This document shows, one piece after another, positions 47,903 to 57,908 of a stretch of 64,000 nucleotides of DNA. Source of the DNA: an uncultured bacterium (GTDB lineage Bacteria > Babelota > Babeliae > Babelales > Babelaceae); assembly GCA_963713855.1 (NCBI GenBank), contig OY970209.1:992001-1056000 (forward strand), read 5' to 3'. Position numbers and translations under genes: made by a program. Position 1 is the first letter of the stretch. The number at the start of each line of letters is the position of its first letter. Below the pieces are notes generated by a model. That model had not been told where the DNA came from and did not search any database. It saw only the letters and a program-made list of their open reading frames with translations.

Positions 47903-49831
47903 TTAGCTTTTCTTTTGATGTTTGGCGTACTCGTTAAGGAGTTTTTTTATTTCGTTGAGAGTGCCCCATTTTTTAGCGTGCTCAACCGGTGTATCTCCAA
48001 ATTCGTCCGGATAGTAAACATCTGCACCTTTTTTAAGAAGAACTTCGATGATTGGGATATTTACGCTGCTCATAGCTTCAAGTAAAGGAGTTGAGCCGTC
48101 AGACAATTGTATATTAACGTTGGGCATTTTGTTGATAAAAAATTCCGCTAAATCTGATCTTCCATCTGGATGTGCCAAAGCCCAGAGTAATGCTGCTCCC
48201 ATCAGGCGCTCATTATGAAGCGTGTAACCCCTATAAAATCTGACGATTTCTCGTATTTCTTCATTATCTCTCGATTTGGCAACTTCTAAAGCGGTATGCC
48301 CATATTCATTTTTAGCGTCAAAGTTAATACCACCTTCGTCTAAGACTTTTAATACAGTGGCAGTGTCATCAGAAGCAATCGCTTTAAAAAGTTTCTTATC
48401 GTTGGTGCTTAATTGGGATTTAGAAAGCGCTTTTTCGCGTTCATCTAATGCTTGACCAATGAGCCGAGAAAGCTCTTTTTTATATTGTAAAGCCTCTTTT
48501 AAAGGTATTGTATTATAACGGTATATCTTTACTCCCGATTCTGGGTTAAGTAAAAAATCGTTCGTAATTAACAATCGGCCTTGCATGCGGTCCATATCAT
48601 AGGCTGATATGTCCTCAGGGTGATTACGAAAGAGTGCAAGATACGTTTGAGCATCAATTGTTTTTAGATCAAGTACATCAGTTTTTCCATCTTTACGTAT
48701 AACTACTGGTTTTAGTGGTATAGCCGCATGGTGAATCATTGGCATGCTTAAAAGTCGACCATATGCTTGTGAAAGGTAAACGTAGGTATTTATTACGTCT
48801 TTTGGAATGAAAATTTGTAGCAGATTGCCTTCCTGAGGCTCATATTTTTTAAAAAGGTTTTTGAATTTTTCAATAAAAGCACGGTCAAGTTCAAATGAGT
48901 CAAAGATGAGCTCAAAAAGTCTTTCAGGTGGAAGTATGCTTCTGTCAAATAATAATGCGCTAAAAGAGCTTTCGCCCGTTGTCACGCTAGCGTTGCCAAA
49001 TAATGAGAGATTAACCGACAATAACATTTTTTTCACTTCCGGATCGTGGTCCCACTCAAAGCCTTTTTTTACTATTTCAGCTAACTTTTTGTTGTATGTC
49101 GCAGGTCCAGGAACGCGAAGGTATTCAAAAGCGGTGTGCTCTTTCTTGAGAGTTTGTTTTATGAGCTCTTTAAGAATGTCGTAAAAGAGAATGAATTTCT
49201 TGTTTTGAGCATGATAGAGGACATAGTAATCTCGATGAATGCGCTCTTGGTTTAATGTACGAGCGAGAAGCTCATTCAGTTTTCCCGAATTTTCTCGTAA
49301 AGGTGAAGAATCCTCGGTAAATGCTTCGCTTTCTAGAAGTGTTTTTTTAAGTTCAGGTTTTGTTAAATAGGCTTCAGTTTGCGTGAATGGCAAAGTTTTG
49401 TCTTTGGCAGCAAATTCAAAAAACTCTTGGATGCTTCTCGTGCCAATTGGTACTGATTCTTTGCCTTCGGCTATTGGGATTATGTAAAAGTTGGGACTAA
49501 CAAGCTTAAATTTGGTTGAAAGATCAGCCATGAGGCTTTTGGCCTCGTCCAGCAGAGCTGTTTTAATTGGATATCTTTCAATATATATATTTGTAAGCAC
49601 ATCCAAGCTATTATAAAGACGACCTGCGCGTTGTTTGTTTGAGGCGTTGGCAGTTTTTAAGAGAAGCCTCCCACTTTCATCGATTAGTGACGTGAGTTTT
49701 TGAGTAAATTGATCTTCATTTGCTATCGCTAAATCCATGCTTGCAATTTCTGAAGCTAATGGCCGCACCGGTTGGCAATAAGCGCTTTGTATAGCCATCA
49801 CACTTACTAAAAATAGGATGTATTTTTTCAT
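47903..49831 (-). CDS. Exported protein with C-terminal ankyrin repeats and an uncharacterised central domain
   Basis: Signal peptide; ankyrin motifs GHTALEVA, GSTPLLEA, LLKKGADV, GDTPVEHA. Confidence 0.85.
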   Translation of the reverse strand: MKKYILFLVSVMAIQSAYCQPVRPLASEIASMDLAIANEDQFTQKLTSLIDESGRLLLKTANASNKQRAGRLYNSLDVLTNIYIERYPIKTALLDEAKSLMADLSTKFKLVSPNFYIIPIAEGKESVPIGTRSIQEFFEFAAKDKTLPFTQTEAYLTKPELKKTLLESEAFTEDSSPLRENSGKLNELLARTLNQERIHRDYYVLYHAQNKKFILFYDILKELIKQTLKKEHTAFEYLRVPGPATYNKKLAEIVKKGFEWDHDPEVKKMLLSVNLSLFGNASVTTGESSFSALLFDRSILPPERLFELIFDSFELDRAFIEKFKNLFKKYEPQEGNLLQIFIPKDVINTYVYLSQAYGRLLSMPMIHHAAIPLKPVVIRKDGKTDVLDLKTIDAQTYLALFRNHPEDISAYDMDRMQGRLLITNDFLLNPESGVKIYRYNTIPLKEALQYKKELSRLIGQALDEREKALSKSQLSTNDKKLFKAIASDDTATVLKVLDEGGINFDAKNEYGHTALEVAKSRDNEEIREIVRFYRGYTLHNERLMGAALLWALAHPDGRSDLAEFFINKMPNVNIQLSDGSTPLLEAMSSVNIPIIEVLLKKGADVYYPDEFGDTPVEHAKKWGTLNEIKKLLNEYAKHQKKS

Positions 49832-50095
49832 ACTAAAGCCCTTGTGTTTTGATTCCCTTATTTTAAGGTATTTCCTATTTGGAAATCAATGATTTGAAGC
49901 TAGTCTTTTTATTTTTGAGGCTTTGCTTTAGGACCTTGGATGTGCAACAAAGTAAACTCTACGCGCCGCGGCTGCGGAAGGACCTGAACAGAATAAGAAG
50001 ATTACAGCGACGAAATGAAACATTTTACGACCTAAAGCGCAAAATGACTACTTTGGTGCTAGGATTATTGTATATTTTCCAAAGAGGTATCTTAT

Positions 50096-50314
50096 ATGGC
50101 TACGGCTGTAAGATTATCAGAAGAGATCATTTCTGAAGCAAAAGTTATGTCTAAAGTGCTTAATAGGTCGGTAGCAGGGCAAATCGAGTATTGGGCTAGA
50201 GTAGGAAAACTAGCCGAAGAAAACCCAGATTTAACATATGAATTTATTAAAGATATTCTTATAGCTCAGCAAGAAGAAGAGATGGGTAGGATTGAACCTT
50301 ACATATTTGGTTAG
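50096..50314 (+). CDS. ParD-like antitoxin
   Basis: MATAVRLSEE..AK...NRSVAGQIEYWARVGKLAEENPDL. Confidence 0.85.
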   Translation: MATAVRLSEEIISEAKVMSKVLNRSVAGQIEYWARVGKLAEENPDLTYEFIKDILIAQQEEEMGRIEPYIFG

Positions 50315-50322
50315 AGCTTGTA

Positions 50323-50418
50323 ATGAACGTTATACAAACTTTATCCTTTGCTAAAAAAGTAAAGAAGCTAAATAACTTACTTACGATCCTGACCTTAAGA
50401 TACTTCATGGAGAATTAA
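50323..50418 (+). pseudogene. Stub of a RelE/ParE-type toxin
   Basis: MNVIQTLSFAKKVKKL directly after the antitoxin resembles the toxin N-terminus, then runs out of frame into HicB sequence and stops. Confidence 0.6.
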
Positions 50419-50660
50419 TAGGTATTAAGGACGTAATAACGTTTGAGGGAACAAGCGTAGAAGGTGTAGAGCTAGCTTTTCGTGATTCTGTTGATGACTA
50501 CCTTGAATGGTGTCAGAAGCTCGGTCAAAGACCTGAAAAAACATTTACAGGCAACTTACGCGTTAGAATAACTCCCGAACTTCACGCGCGTCTTTCACAA
50601 GAGGCCGCCGAAATTGGCATAGGCCTTAATTCGCTCATTTCTGAGAAATTGAAACATTAG
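50376..50660 (+). pseudogene. hicB: 5'-truncated HicB family antitoxin
   Basis: Start-less frame TYDPDLKILHGELIGIKDVITFEGTSVEGVELAFRDSVDDYLEWC...PEKTFTGNLRVRITPELHARL...LNSLISEKL*; in-frame TAA immediately upstream. Confidence 0.85.
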
Positions 50661-50676
50661 CCCTTTTACTTTTGGT

Positions 50677-50817
50677 CTATTTATTTTTCTCCCAGCCTCT
50701 TCCCATATTGGTCAAAAGTGTTAGAAAAGTGCCTATACACACAAGAAATAACCCTATCATAAGCAAAAAAAGGCCTAGCCCAATAGGTGATGACCAGCTT
50801 AATGTTAAAACATCCAT
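50677..50817 (-). CDS. 46 aa hydrophobic membrane peptide
   Basis: Not in the ORF track; GAGGAG RBS; MDVLTLSWSSPIGLGLFLLMIGLFLVCIGTFLTLLTNMGRGWEKNK*. Confidence 0.65.
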   Translation of the reverse strand: MDVLTLSWSSPIGLGLFLLMIGLFLVCIGTFLTLLTNMGRGWEKNK

Positions 50818-51079
50818 TATAAAAACTCCTCTTTAGCAGATAAAAGATGTCATTTGAAGGTTCAATTGTACGTTCATTACAATTCTACAGATCTGTGAAA
50901 ATTATATCTTTAAAGATATAAAAAATCTGCAAATTTATGCTTTACGTGAAATAAAACGTAGTTAGCATTTAGCACGGTTAACCTGCCACGTTGAGAAGAT
51001 ACAGTGAGTATTGTTATCTGTCCCAGGGTGTTCTTGCGCTAGGTATCTCAGATAAGGTACTGTGGAGTAAGGGGGAATA

Positions 51080-52342
51080 ATGAGAGTAGGTATTATTGGT
51101 GGGGGTGCTTCTGGGCTTGTCACTGCCTGGTTGCTTGATCCAGTGTGTCAAGTCACGCTTTTTGAAAAGGAAACGTCATTAGGTGGTCACGTGCATACTG
51201 TGCACGTGCCATTTGGTGATGCGGTAGTTCCTGTTGAAGCAGGATTTGAATTTTTTTCGGATACGATGTTTCCCACCTTTAATCGACTGCTTTCAGTCCT
51301 TAAAGTGCCTATTAAAAGTTATCCGCTTAACTATTCATTTTTTGAGCCACATTCGAAAAAAAGCTTTGTTCTACCTCCCTTTGGTCAAGATGTTATAGAA
51401 TGGCATACCTTATTATCCTCACATCTGGTGGATCTTTTGCAGCTTAAGCATTTTGTCTCTAGAGCGGAGTCAATCATAGCGTCAAAAAATAGTAACATGA
51501 CCATTGAAGAGTTTATTGAAGGATTAGTGCTTACCAGTTCTTTTAAGCATTCTTTTTTGTATCCCTTTCTTGCAGCCTGCTGGGGTGCTCGTTTTGATGA
51601 TTTTAAAACCTTTTCTGCGTACGATATTCTTATGTGGTACGTCAAAAATCAGCCCTCGGGTTTGCAGCCGTTGGTTTGGAATGAAGTCGAAGGTGGAACG
51701 AGCGTTTATATTGAGGCTTTAAAAGATGATCTACGTTCAACTCAAGTGCGCTTAGGTGTTTCTAACCTACAAATTGAGCGTTCAAATAATATATACAGGG
51801 TTATTGAAAATGATGGCTCGGCATTCGAGTTTGATCATCTTGTTATCGCAACCAATGCACCGCAGGCAGCTTCTTTATTAGCATCTTTAGAGTGCATGGG
51901 GTATTTATGTGCCATACTTGAAAAAATTACCTATTTTCCCTCACTCATCGCAATTCACGCAGATCAACGGCTTATGCCTGACAACAAAAACCACTGGTCC
52001 GTCGTCAATGTGCGTTCAGAAGAAACTTTTAGTTCTCTTACCATTCATAAGCCTTGGTTAACGTCACATTTTCTTTTAAGAAGCTGGGTTACCTACGACG
52101 TACCATTAGATCTGCACCCGCTCTACGGGCTTTACTCCTTTGATCATTTACGCGTAACACCCGAGTATCTTCGTGCTCAAAAGGCTCTTGAATACGTACA
52201 AGGGCAACAGAATATTTGGTTAGCCGGCATGTATACCCATGAAATAGATTCCCATGAAAGTGCTATTTGCTCGGCTCTTCGCGTAGCAAGCGCTTTAGCA
52301 CCTTCTTCACCACGCTTACAAGCAGTAAAACTTTTTTCCTAA
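51080..52342 (+). CDS. FAD-dependent oxidoreductase (amine oxidase-like family)
   Basis: RVGIIGGGASGL, LFEK..LGGHVHT, VEAGF, FDHLVIAT, QGQQNIWLAG, HESAI. Confidence 0.85.
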   Translation: MRVGIIGGGASGLVTAWLLDPVCQVTLFEKETSLGGHVHTVHVPFGDAVVPVEAGFEFFSDTMFPTFNRLLSVLKVPIKSYPLNYSFFEPHSKKSFVLPPFGQDVIEWHTLLSSHLVDLLQLKHFVSRAESIIASKNSNMTIEEFIEGLVLTSSFKHSFLYPFLAACWGARFDDFKTFSAYDILMWYVKNQPSGLQPLVWNEVEGGTSVYIEALKDDLRSTQVRLGVSNLQIERSNNIYRVIENDGSAFEFDHLVIATNAPQAASLLASLECMGYLCAILEKITYFPSLIAIHADQRLMPDNKNHWSVVNVRSEETFSSLTIHKPWLTSHFLLRSWVTYDVPLDLHPLYGLYSFDHLRVTPEYLRAQKALEYVQGQQNIWLAGMYTHEIDSHESAICSALRVASALAPSSPRLQAVKLFS

Positions 52343-52403
52343 AGCTCTTTTTTTAATTCGTTTTACAGTATACTTGTTACTATTAGCTCATTAGGAAAAA
52401 TGA

Positions 52404-53282
52404 ATGAAAAAGCACGTAACGCTGTTTTTAAGCTTAAGCTGTATGCTTGTAATTCGCACAGAGGAGCACAGTATGGCCACTGAGAAAGAGACTCCTCAAT
52501 GCATTATTCTTAAACTGGGAGGAAGCCTTATTACCCAAAAAGATACCGATAAGGCGGAAATTGCTACGTCATTGCTTAAGGAATTGGTTCAAGAAGTAGC
52601 TCAAGTGTGTGCGGTAAAGCCTATTGAACTCGTTATTGTACATGGAACGGGGTCATTTGGGCACGTACCTGCAAAAAAATATGTTCTACCTTTTTTAGAT
52701 AACCCAAAAGAGCTTTCAAAGGGCATAGCTTTAACAAAGCTGAGTCTGCAAGAGCTTAATTACGCTATTGTTAAGGAGCTTGTTGAAGCTAATATTAATG
52801 CAGTTGCTTTTTCTCCCTCTTCAGCAGTTACTACCAGTAATGGATGCATTCAAACTTTTAACTTGCGGGCTTTAAAGGAGCTGCTTAATAAGGGACTTGT
52901 ACCCGTATTGCATGGCGACTGCGTTGTGGACCTACAAAAAGGCTTTAGCATTTTAAGCAGCGACACCTTAGCAGTGTATCTAGCAGTACAACTTCAAGCT
53001 TCTCGAGTTCTTCTAGCTATGGACTATAACGGCGTTTTTGATCGCGATCCCGCCTCAAAAGAATCAAAAAAAATTGACGTTATGACAAGGGACCAACTTA
53101 TGCTTCTTGAGCATTCAAAAACGCGCGGTACCGACCTTACCGGAGGTATTAAGAAGAAAGTAGAGGAACTTTTCAAACTGTCTTATCACGGTATCGAAGC
53201 TGAAATCATCGGCGGCAAAAACAAAGGTTACCTCAAGAGGGCTCTACTGGGAGAGCGCGGTCTTGGTACACTCGTTCGGTAA
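52404..53282 (+). CDS. Isopentenyl phosphate kinase / FomA-like amino acid kinase family protein
   Basis: ILKLGGSLITQK, VHGTGSFGH, VPVLHGD, ILSSD, DLTGGIKKK; alternative start at 52473 after GAGGAG. Confidence 0.8.
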   Translation: MKKHVTLFLSLSCMLVIRTEEHSMATEKETPQCIILKLGGSLITQKDTDKAEIATSLLKELVQEVAQVCAVKPIELVIVHGTGSFGHVPAKKYVLPFLDNPKELSKGIALTKLSLQELNYAIVKELVEANINAVAFSPSSAVTTSNGCIQTFNLRALKELLNKGLVPVLHGDCVVDLQKGFSILSSDTLAVYLAVQLQASRVLLAMDYNGVFDRDPASKESKKIDVMTRDQLMLLEHSKTRGTDLTGGIKKKVEELFKLSYHGIEAEIIGGKNKGYLKRALLGERGLGTLVR

Positions 53283-53329
53283 CAGTGTGATCTTAGTCAT
53301 GATAGTAAAATTCCTTGAGACTGGGCATG

Positions 53330-56300
53330 CTAAAGTGCCACAGAGTCCAGTGAAGTACGATGTTTATGGAGCCAGTATTTATACGCCACGAGTGAAAAAA
53401 CTGCTGCCGCTGCTCCCATAACACCGATAGCTACAGGCACACCGATACTAACACCGATAATTACGCCCAAGGGCTGACTACTTCCTCCGTCTCCAGCTGA
53501 GCTACCGCTATTTGTACTTGAGCCATCGCCAAAAAGAGAACCAATTGATACATCGTTTGAGTAAAAGTTTGCTGTTGCCAAGAACGTGTTGTTGATCGTA
53601 TCAAAAACAGGTGCAAAGTTAATACTTACGCAATGCATCGAATTATTAGGTAGGTGAAAGGAAGTGCCTTGACTTAAAATAGTGCCTTGAAGGGTAAAAA
53701 GCGTCAAAGTACTTGAATCGCTATTCGCAGTGGCCACAAATGCTTCACTTGGAGATATCGCGACTGACTGAGGGTTAAGGTCGGTTGCTGGTAAAGGATA
53801 AGATTGTCCTGTACTCAGCGAACCAGCTTGCAAAGTAAACACAGTTACATCATTAGATAGACCGTTAGCAGTAAAGATAATCGAGTTACTACCCGCCAAA
53901 CTTGAAAATGCTACAGCTTGGGGACCAGTTGATCCAGCTGGTAGAAGTTGGGAAGTTCCGCTATTAAGGGCGCCGGAAGTTACTTGAAAGAGAGTGATAT
54001 CATTTGAAGCATAATTAGCTGTAGCAAGATGTGAGCCATCAAATGCAAAGGCTACTGCTGCTGGCTCAGTAGATCCTGGAGGAAGAGGGTAATTAATACC
54101 TCCACTTAAGGCTCCTGCCGCAAATGTGAAAATACTTACATCATTAGAACCACGATTAGCAACGGCAAGATACAAGTCATCGGGTGAAAAATTTACTCCG
54201 GCAGGATGAATCGATCCTGAAGGTAAGAGAAAAGATTGGCCATTAGTAAGGGTTCCTCCCACAAGAGCAAAAAGCGTAATATCATTCGTGTTATCGTTGC
54301 ACGTTGCTACATACGAGCTGTTTGCAGAAAAGGCTATCGATGTTGGGTAAGACAGAGCTCCTAAATTATAGGGTAGGCGGTAGGATTTTTTTGCTCCCAA
54401 GGTGAGCGTATTATTTGCTGTAACTACCTGAAAAAGAGATACATCGCTCGAGGCATAATTTGCTGTTCCTAAATATGAACCATTAGGAGAAAAAGCCACA
54501 GAAGCTGGCTGCCTTGAGCTTACAGGAAGTGGAGGAAGAAGATACGATTTTCCTTGGCTTAAAACTCCGCCTGAGAACGTAAATACGGTAACATCTGAAG
54601 AAACGTTATTAGCAGTAGCGCAATAGGAGCCGTTAGGAGAAATTGCTACGGAGCTTGGTCCATTGGAGGTTGAAGGTATTGAGTATGAAGTGCCGGCATT
54701 CAAAGCTCCACCACTTCCCACTGTAAACACCGTAACATTAAATGATGAGTAGTTAGCGGTAAGAAGATAAGCACTATCAGCTGAAAATGTTGCTTCAAAG
54801 GGACCTAACGCACCAGAGGGCAATGAATAGTTCGTTCCGCTATTAAGAGCACCGCCTGATCCCACAGTAAATATAGTTATGTTGTTTGAATTATAATTGG
54901 CCGTTGCAAGGTAAGACCCATTTGGTGAAAATGCTATAGAATAAGGAACATCAGAACCGGGAAGCGCATACGATGTAGCACCACTAAGAACACCACCCGC
55001 TCCAACCTGAGATATCGTTACAGATCCAAAACCATCACCCGTTGCTAAATATAAACCGTTAGGTGAAAAGGCGACTGCCATTGCGCCGGTAGTACCCGAC
55101 GGAATCGCCGGAAGAGTGTAAGAGGTAGCTCCGCTTAAAGCACCCCCCGAACCAACTTGAAAAATTGTCACTCCCCCTTGGGTCGAGGTGTTAGCCGTGG
55201 CTAAATATAAGCCATTCGGCGAAAAGGCTACCGAGGATGGGCCCGATGAGCCCGCAGGAAGCGTGTATGAGGTAGCACCGCTTAAAATACCTCCAGCACC
55301 TACTTGAAAGATGAAGACCTCATTTGCAATATCACTTGTGGCTGCAAGATAAGCACTATTTGGTGAAAAGGCTAGCGATTGACTCGCCGTGGCATCGGAT
55401 AATATTTGGGTCGAAACTCCTCCACTTAAGGCTCCGCCTGTTGCCACGTTGAATAGCGTGACGTTGTTTGAGCCATTAGCCGTAGCAAGGTATGAGCCGC
55501 TTGGTGAATAAGAAATCGAAACGATATTCGTAGAACCTGAAGGAAGAGCATACAAAGTCGCGCCTGAAAGTGCTCCGCCAGCTCCAACAGTGAACACCGT
55601 TACAGCCTCTGATCCGCTATTAACATTAGAACAAGCAAATTGCGAACCATCTGGAGAAAACGTTCCAACCAATGCACCCGAAGATCCGCTTGGCAAAGCA
55701 TACGAGGTGCCTCCTGTAAGAGTACCACCCGCCCCCACATTAAATACTGTGATATTATTTGAAAGAAGATTAACGGTTGCAAGATAGTTGTTATTTGGCG
55801 AAAATGAAACGGTCTCTGGCCCCTGTGAACCTGCAGGTAAAGAATAAGAGGTCGCTCCAGAAAGCACTCCGCCAGCTCCTACAACAAATACCGTCACGTT
55901 GTTTGAGTTGGGATTTGCAACAGCAAGGTATAAACCATTTGGGGAAAATGTTATGTCGATGGGATATCCTGAACCTCCTGGTAGAGGATACGAGGTTGGC
56001 TGGCCCAACACTCCTCCAGCCTGGACACTAAAGATGGTAACGTCACTCGTAGCATTTGCTGTTGCGACATAATTACCATCGGGAGAAAATGCTATCGAAT
56101 AGGGGCCATCAGAGCTAGATGGAAGAGGATAGGAGATTCCCGCTCCTAAGATGTTGCCTTCTACTGTAAATATTGTAACGTCGTTGCTACCATTACCGGT
56201 AGCAACATATAAGCCATTAGGCGAGGTTGCGATTGTGTTAGGAATGGAAGATTTAAGGGGGAGTATATAGGTGCCAAGCTCAGTAAGGCCGCTTGCAGCT

Positions 56301-56641
56301 ACACTAAATACTGCTATATCACTCGTTAGACCATTAGCGGTAAAAAAGAGAGAGCCGTCAGGAGAAAAAGCTCCTTGTTTTGGACTAGTTGGACTTGGTG
56401 GAAGCGCATATGAAAAAGTTTCATTTAATGTTCCTTGCGCAGTGACAGTAAAGATCGATATGCCGTTATCATTAGCTGTCGCAAAATAGGAACCATCTGG
56501 AGAATACACTCCATCATGGGGGTATAAAGCGACACCCGGTAGAGCATAACTTACTTCAGTTAAAGCCGTTATTTTAAAGCTAACAAGAGACGCTAGCGCG
56601 AAAAGCAAACAATAGATATAATTCTGAACATTACGTGACAT
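53330..56641 (-). CDS. Surface beta-propeller repeat protein (21 repeats) with signal peptide and C-terminal TM anchor
   Basis: Likely start MSRNVQN at 56641 (AGGAAGG upstream); same repeat as 18151 and 41289; tail GDGGS-TM-YKYWLHKHR. Confidence 0.9.
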   Translation of the reverse strand: MSRNVQNYIYCLLFALASLVSFKITALTEVSYALPGVALYPHDGVYSPDGSYFATANDNGISIFTVTAQGTLNETFSYALPPSPTSPKQGAFSPDGSLFFTANGLTSDIAVFSVAASGLTELGTYILPLKSSIPNTIATSPNGLYVATGNGSNDVTIFTVEGNILGAGISYPLPSSSDGPYSIAFSPDGNYVATANATSDVTIFSVQAGGVLGQPTSYPLPGGSGYPIDITFSPNGLYLAVANPNSNNVTVFVVGAGGVLSGATSYSLPAGSQGPETVSFSPNNNYLATVNLLSNNITVFNVGAGGTLTGGTSYALPSGSSGALVGTFSPDGSQFACSNVNSGSEAVTVFTVGAGGALSGATLYALPSGSTNIVSISYSPSGSYLATANGSNNVTLFNVATGGALSGGVSTQILSDATASQSLAFSPNSAYLAATSDIANEVFIFQVGAGGILSGATSYTLPAGSSGPSSVAFSPNGLYLATANTSTQGGVTIFQVGSGGALSGATSYTLPAIPSGTTGAMAVAFSPNGLYLATGDGFGSVTISQVGAGGVLSGATSYALPGSDVPYSIAFSPNGSYLATANYNSNNITIFTVGSGGALNSGTNYSLPSGALGPFEATFSADSAYLLTANYSSFNVTVFTVGSGGALNAGTSYSIPSTSNGPSSVAISPNGSYCATANNVSSDVTVFTFSGGVLSQGKSYLLPPLPVSSRQPASVAFSPNGSYLGTANYASSDVSLFQVVTANNTLTLGAKKSYRLPYNLGALSYPTSIAFSANSSYVATCNDNTNDITLFALVGGTLTNGQSFLLPSGSIHPAGVNFSPDDLYLAVANRGSNDVSIFTFAAGALSGGINYPLPPGSTEPAAVAFAFDGSHLATANYASNDITLFQVTSGALNSGTSQLLPAGSTGPQAVAFSSLAGSNSIIFTANGLSNDVTVFTLQAGSLSTGQSYPLPATDLNPQSVAISPSEAFVATANSDSSTLTLFTLQGTILSQGTSFHLPNNSMHCVSINFAPVFDTINNTFLATANFYSNDVSIGSLFGDGSSTNSGSSAGDGGSSQPLGVIIGVSIGVPVAIGVMGAAAAVFSLVAYKYWLHKHRTSLDSVAL

Positions 56642-56883
56642 TACCTTCCTCTTTTTTTCATAAACTGGTCTATCATCTATCATGTAAGCCTCTTGAGTGT
56701 TGGTTATTGTGATGACTTGAAGAGTCTTGAGAATTTGCTGAATGCTATCATTGCAGTCATTATTTGTCAATATGACTTTACCAATATCCCGCTGACTGAA
56801 AAATAGTTATTTTGACATTCGAGCTTTAAAGCCGCATTTTTTTTGCAAAAGACTCTTTTTGCCGCCTCAATCGGGCACTCTTG

Positions 56884-57753
56884 CTACGGTTGCTCGTTGC
56901 CGGTGTCATCTTCTAAAGTCGGCCCACCAATTTTTGACATGAGCTGGCTTGCCTGCACTGTTACGCCCGTGATAGGAATGGTCAAATAGAGCATTTTTAG
57001 TACTTTGCTTTTTAAAGCCCCGTCGTTCAAGAATTGTTTAAAGACCATGCGAGCAATGAGAACATGCGTTAACAAGTAACCTACAAAAAAGAATACATTA
57101 TCCCAGCTTTCAAGCTTATTAGCTTCTGGAATGATAGCTTCTGAAGCATTCGCGGGTAAGCTTGTAATTACTTTTAACATGTCCAAAATGGGGTGAACTA
57201 AGTAATGTACGGGAGTATAGATAAAGCCATTTAACAATCTGTGAAACAGCTCAGTAAAGCCTACAAGCTCTTGATTAAAAGCATCTTTTGTCATGGTTAT
57301 AGTTTTTAGGAGATCCTTGGCCACAGATGATAAGATAAAAAGGGAGCCAAGAATGTGAAAAATTACGTTTCCGTCAGATTGTAGCCATTCTCCTAGTTTA
57401 TTAATTTGCTCAATGTTTGCATGTTTGGCCAATTTAATGAGTAGCATAACGACGGCAAATATTGTCATATTTCGACCTATCATATCTCCAATCATAAAAG
57501 CAGTTTTAAGGCTTTCGGGTTGAGCTTCAAAGTTATTCACGAACTCATTTTCATCTATTTTGGTTCTGAAATCCTCAATAATGCCCGCAAGGATTGCATC
57601 AGGGATATTTGCAGCAACATATAGCGGTTCAAAAAGTGTGCGAAAAGCACCTTTAAGCAGCGCGACATCGCTTGCTAAATATGGTGTTGCTAAGCTTTCA
57701 GCTGGTAGCCCAAATACAATGAACGAAAATAAAAGCAATATTTTAAGTTTCAT
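56884..57753 (-). CDS. Membrane protein of unknown function
   Basis: Signal peptide plus several hydrophobic helices. Confidence 0.7.
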   Translation of the reverse strand: MKLKILLLFSFIVFGLPAESLATPYLASDVALLKGAFRTLFEPLYVAANIPDAILAGIIEDFRTKIDENEFVNNFEAQPESLKTAFMIGDMIGRNMTIFAVVMLLIKLAKHANIEQINKLGEWLQSDGNVIFHILGSLFILSSVAKDLLKTITMTKDAFNQELVGFTELFHRLLNGFIYTPVHYLVHPILDMLKVITSLPANASEAIIPEANKLESWDNVFFFVGYLLTHVLIARMVFKQFLNDGALKSKVLKMLYLTIPITGVTVQASQLMSKIGGPTLEDDTGNEQP

Positions 57754-57908
57754 AAACAGTATCCCTTTGTGTGAAAAACGGTACTAGTTTAGCAGAGATT
57801 TAAGTATAAAATAGTGGCCAAGTGGGAGAATTTTTCCATCTCGATCTTTTAAAAAAAATATTCCCAGCTATCCTAGAGGTACAATGTAGCTAAACATCAA
57901 GAGGGCAT

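Noticed and set aside
49879..50136. 85 aa ORF upstream of the antitoxin
   Set aside because: TTG start without RBS, no motif, overlaps the antitoxin promoter region and start.
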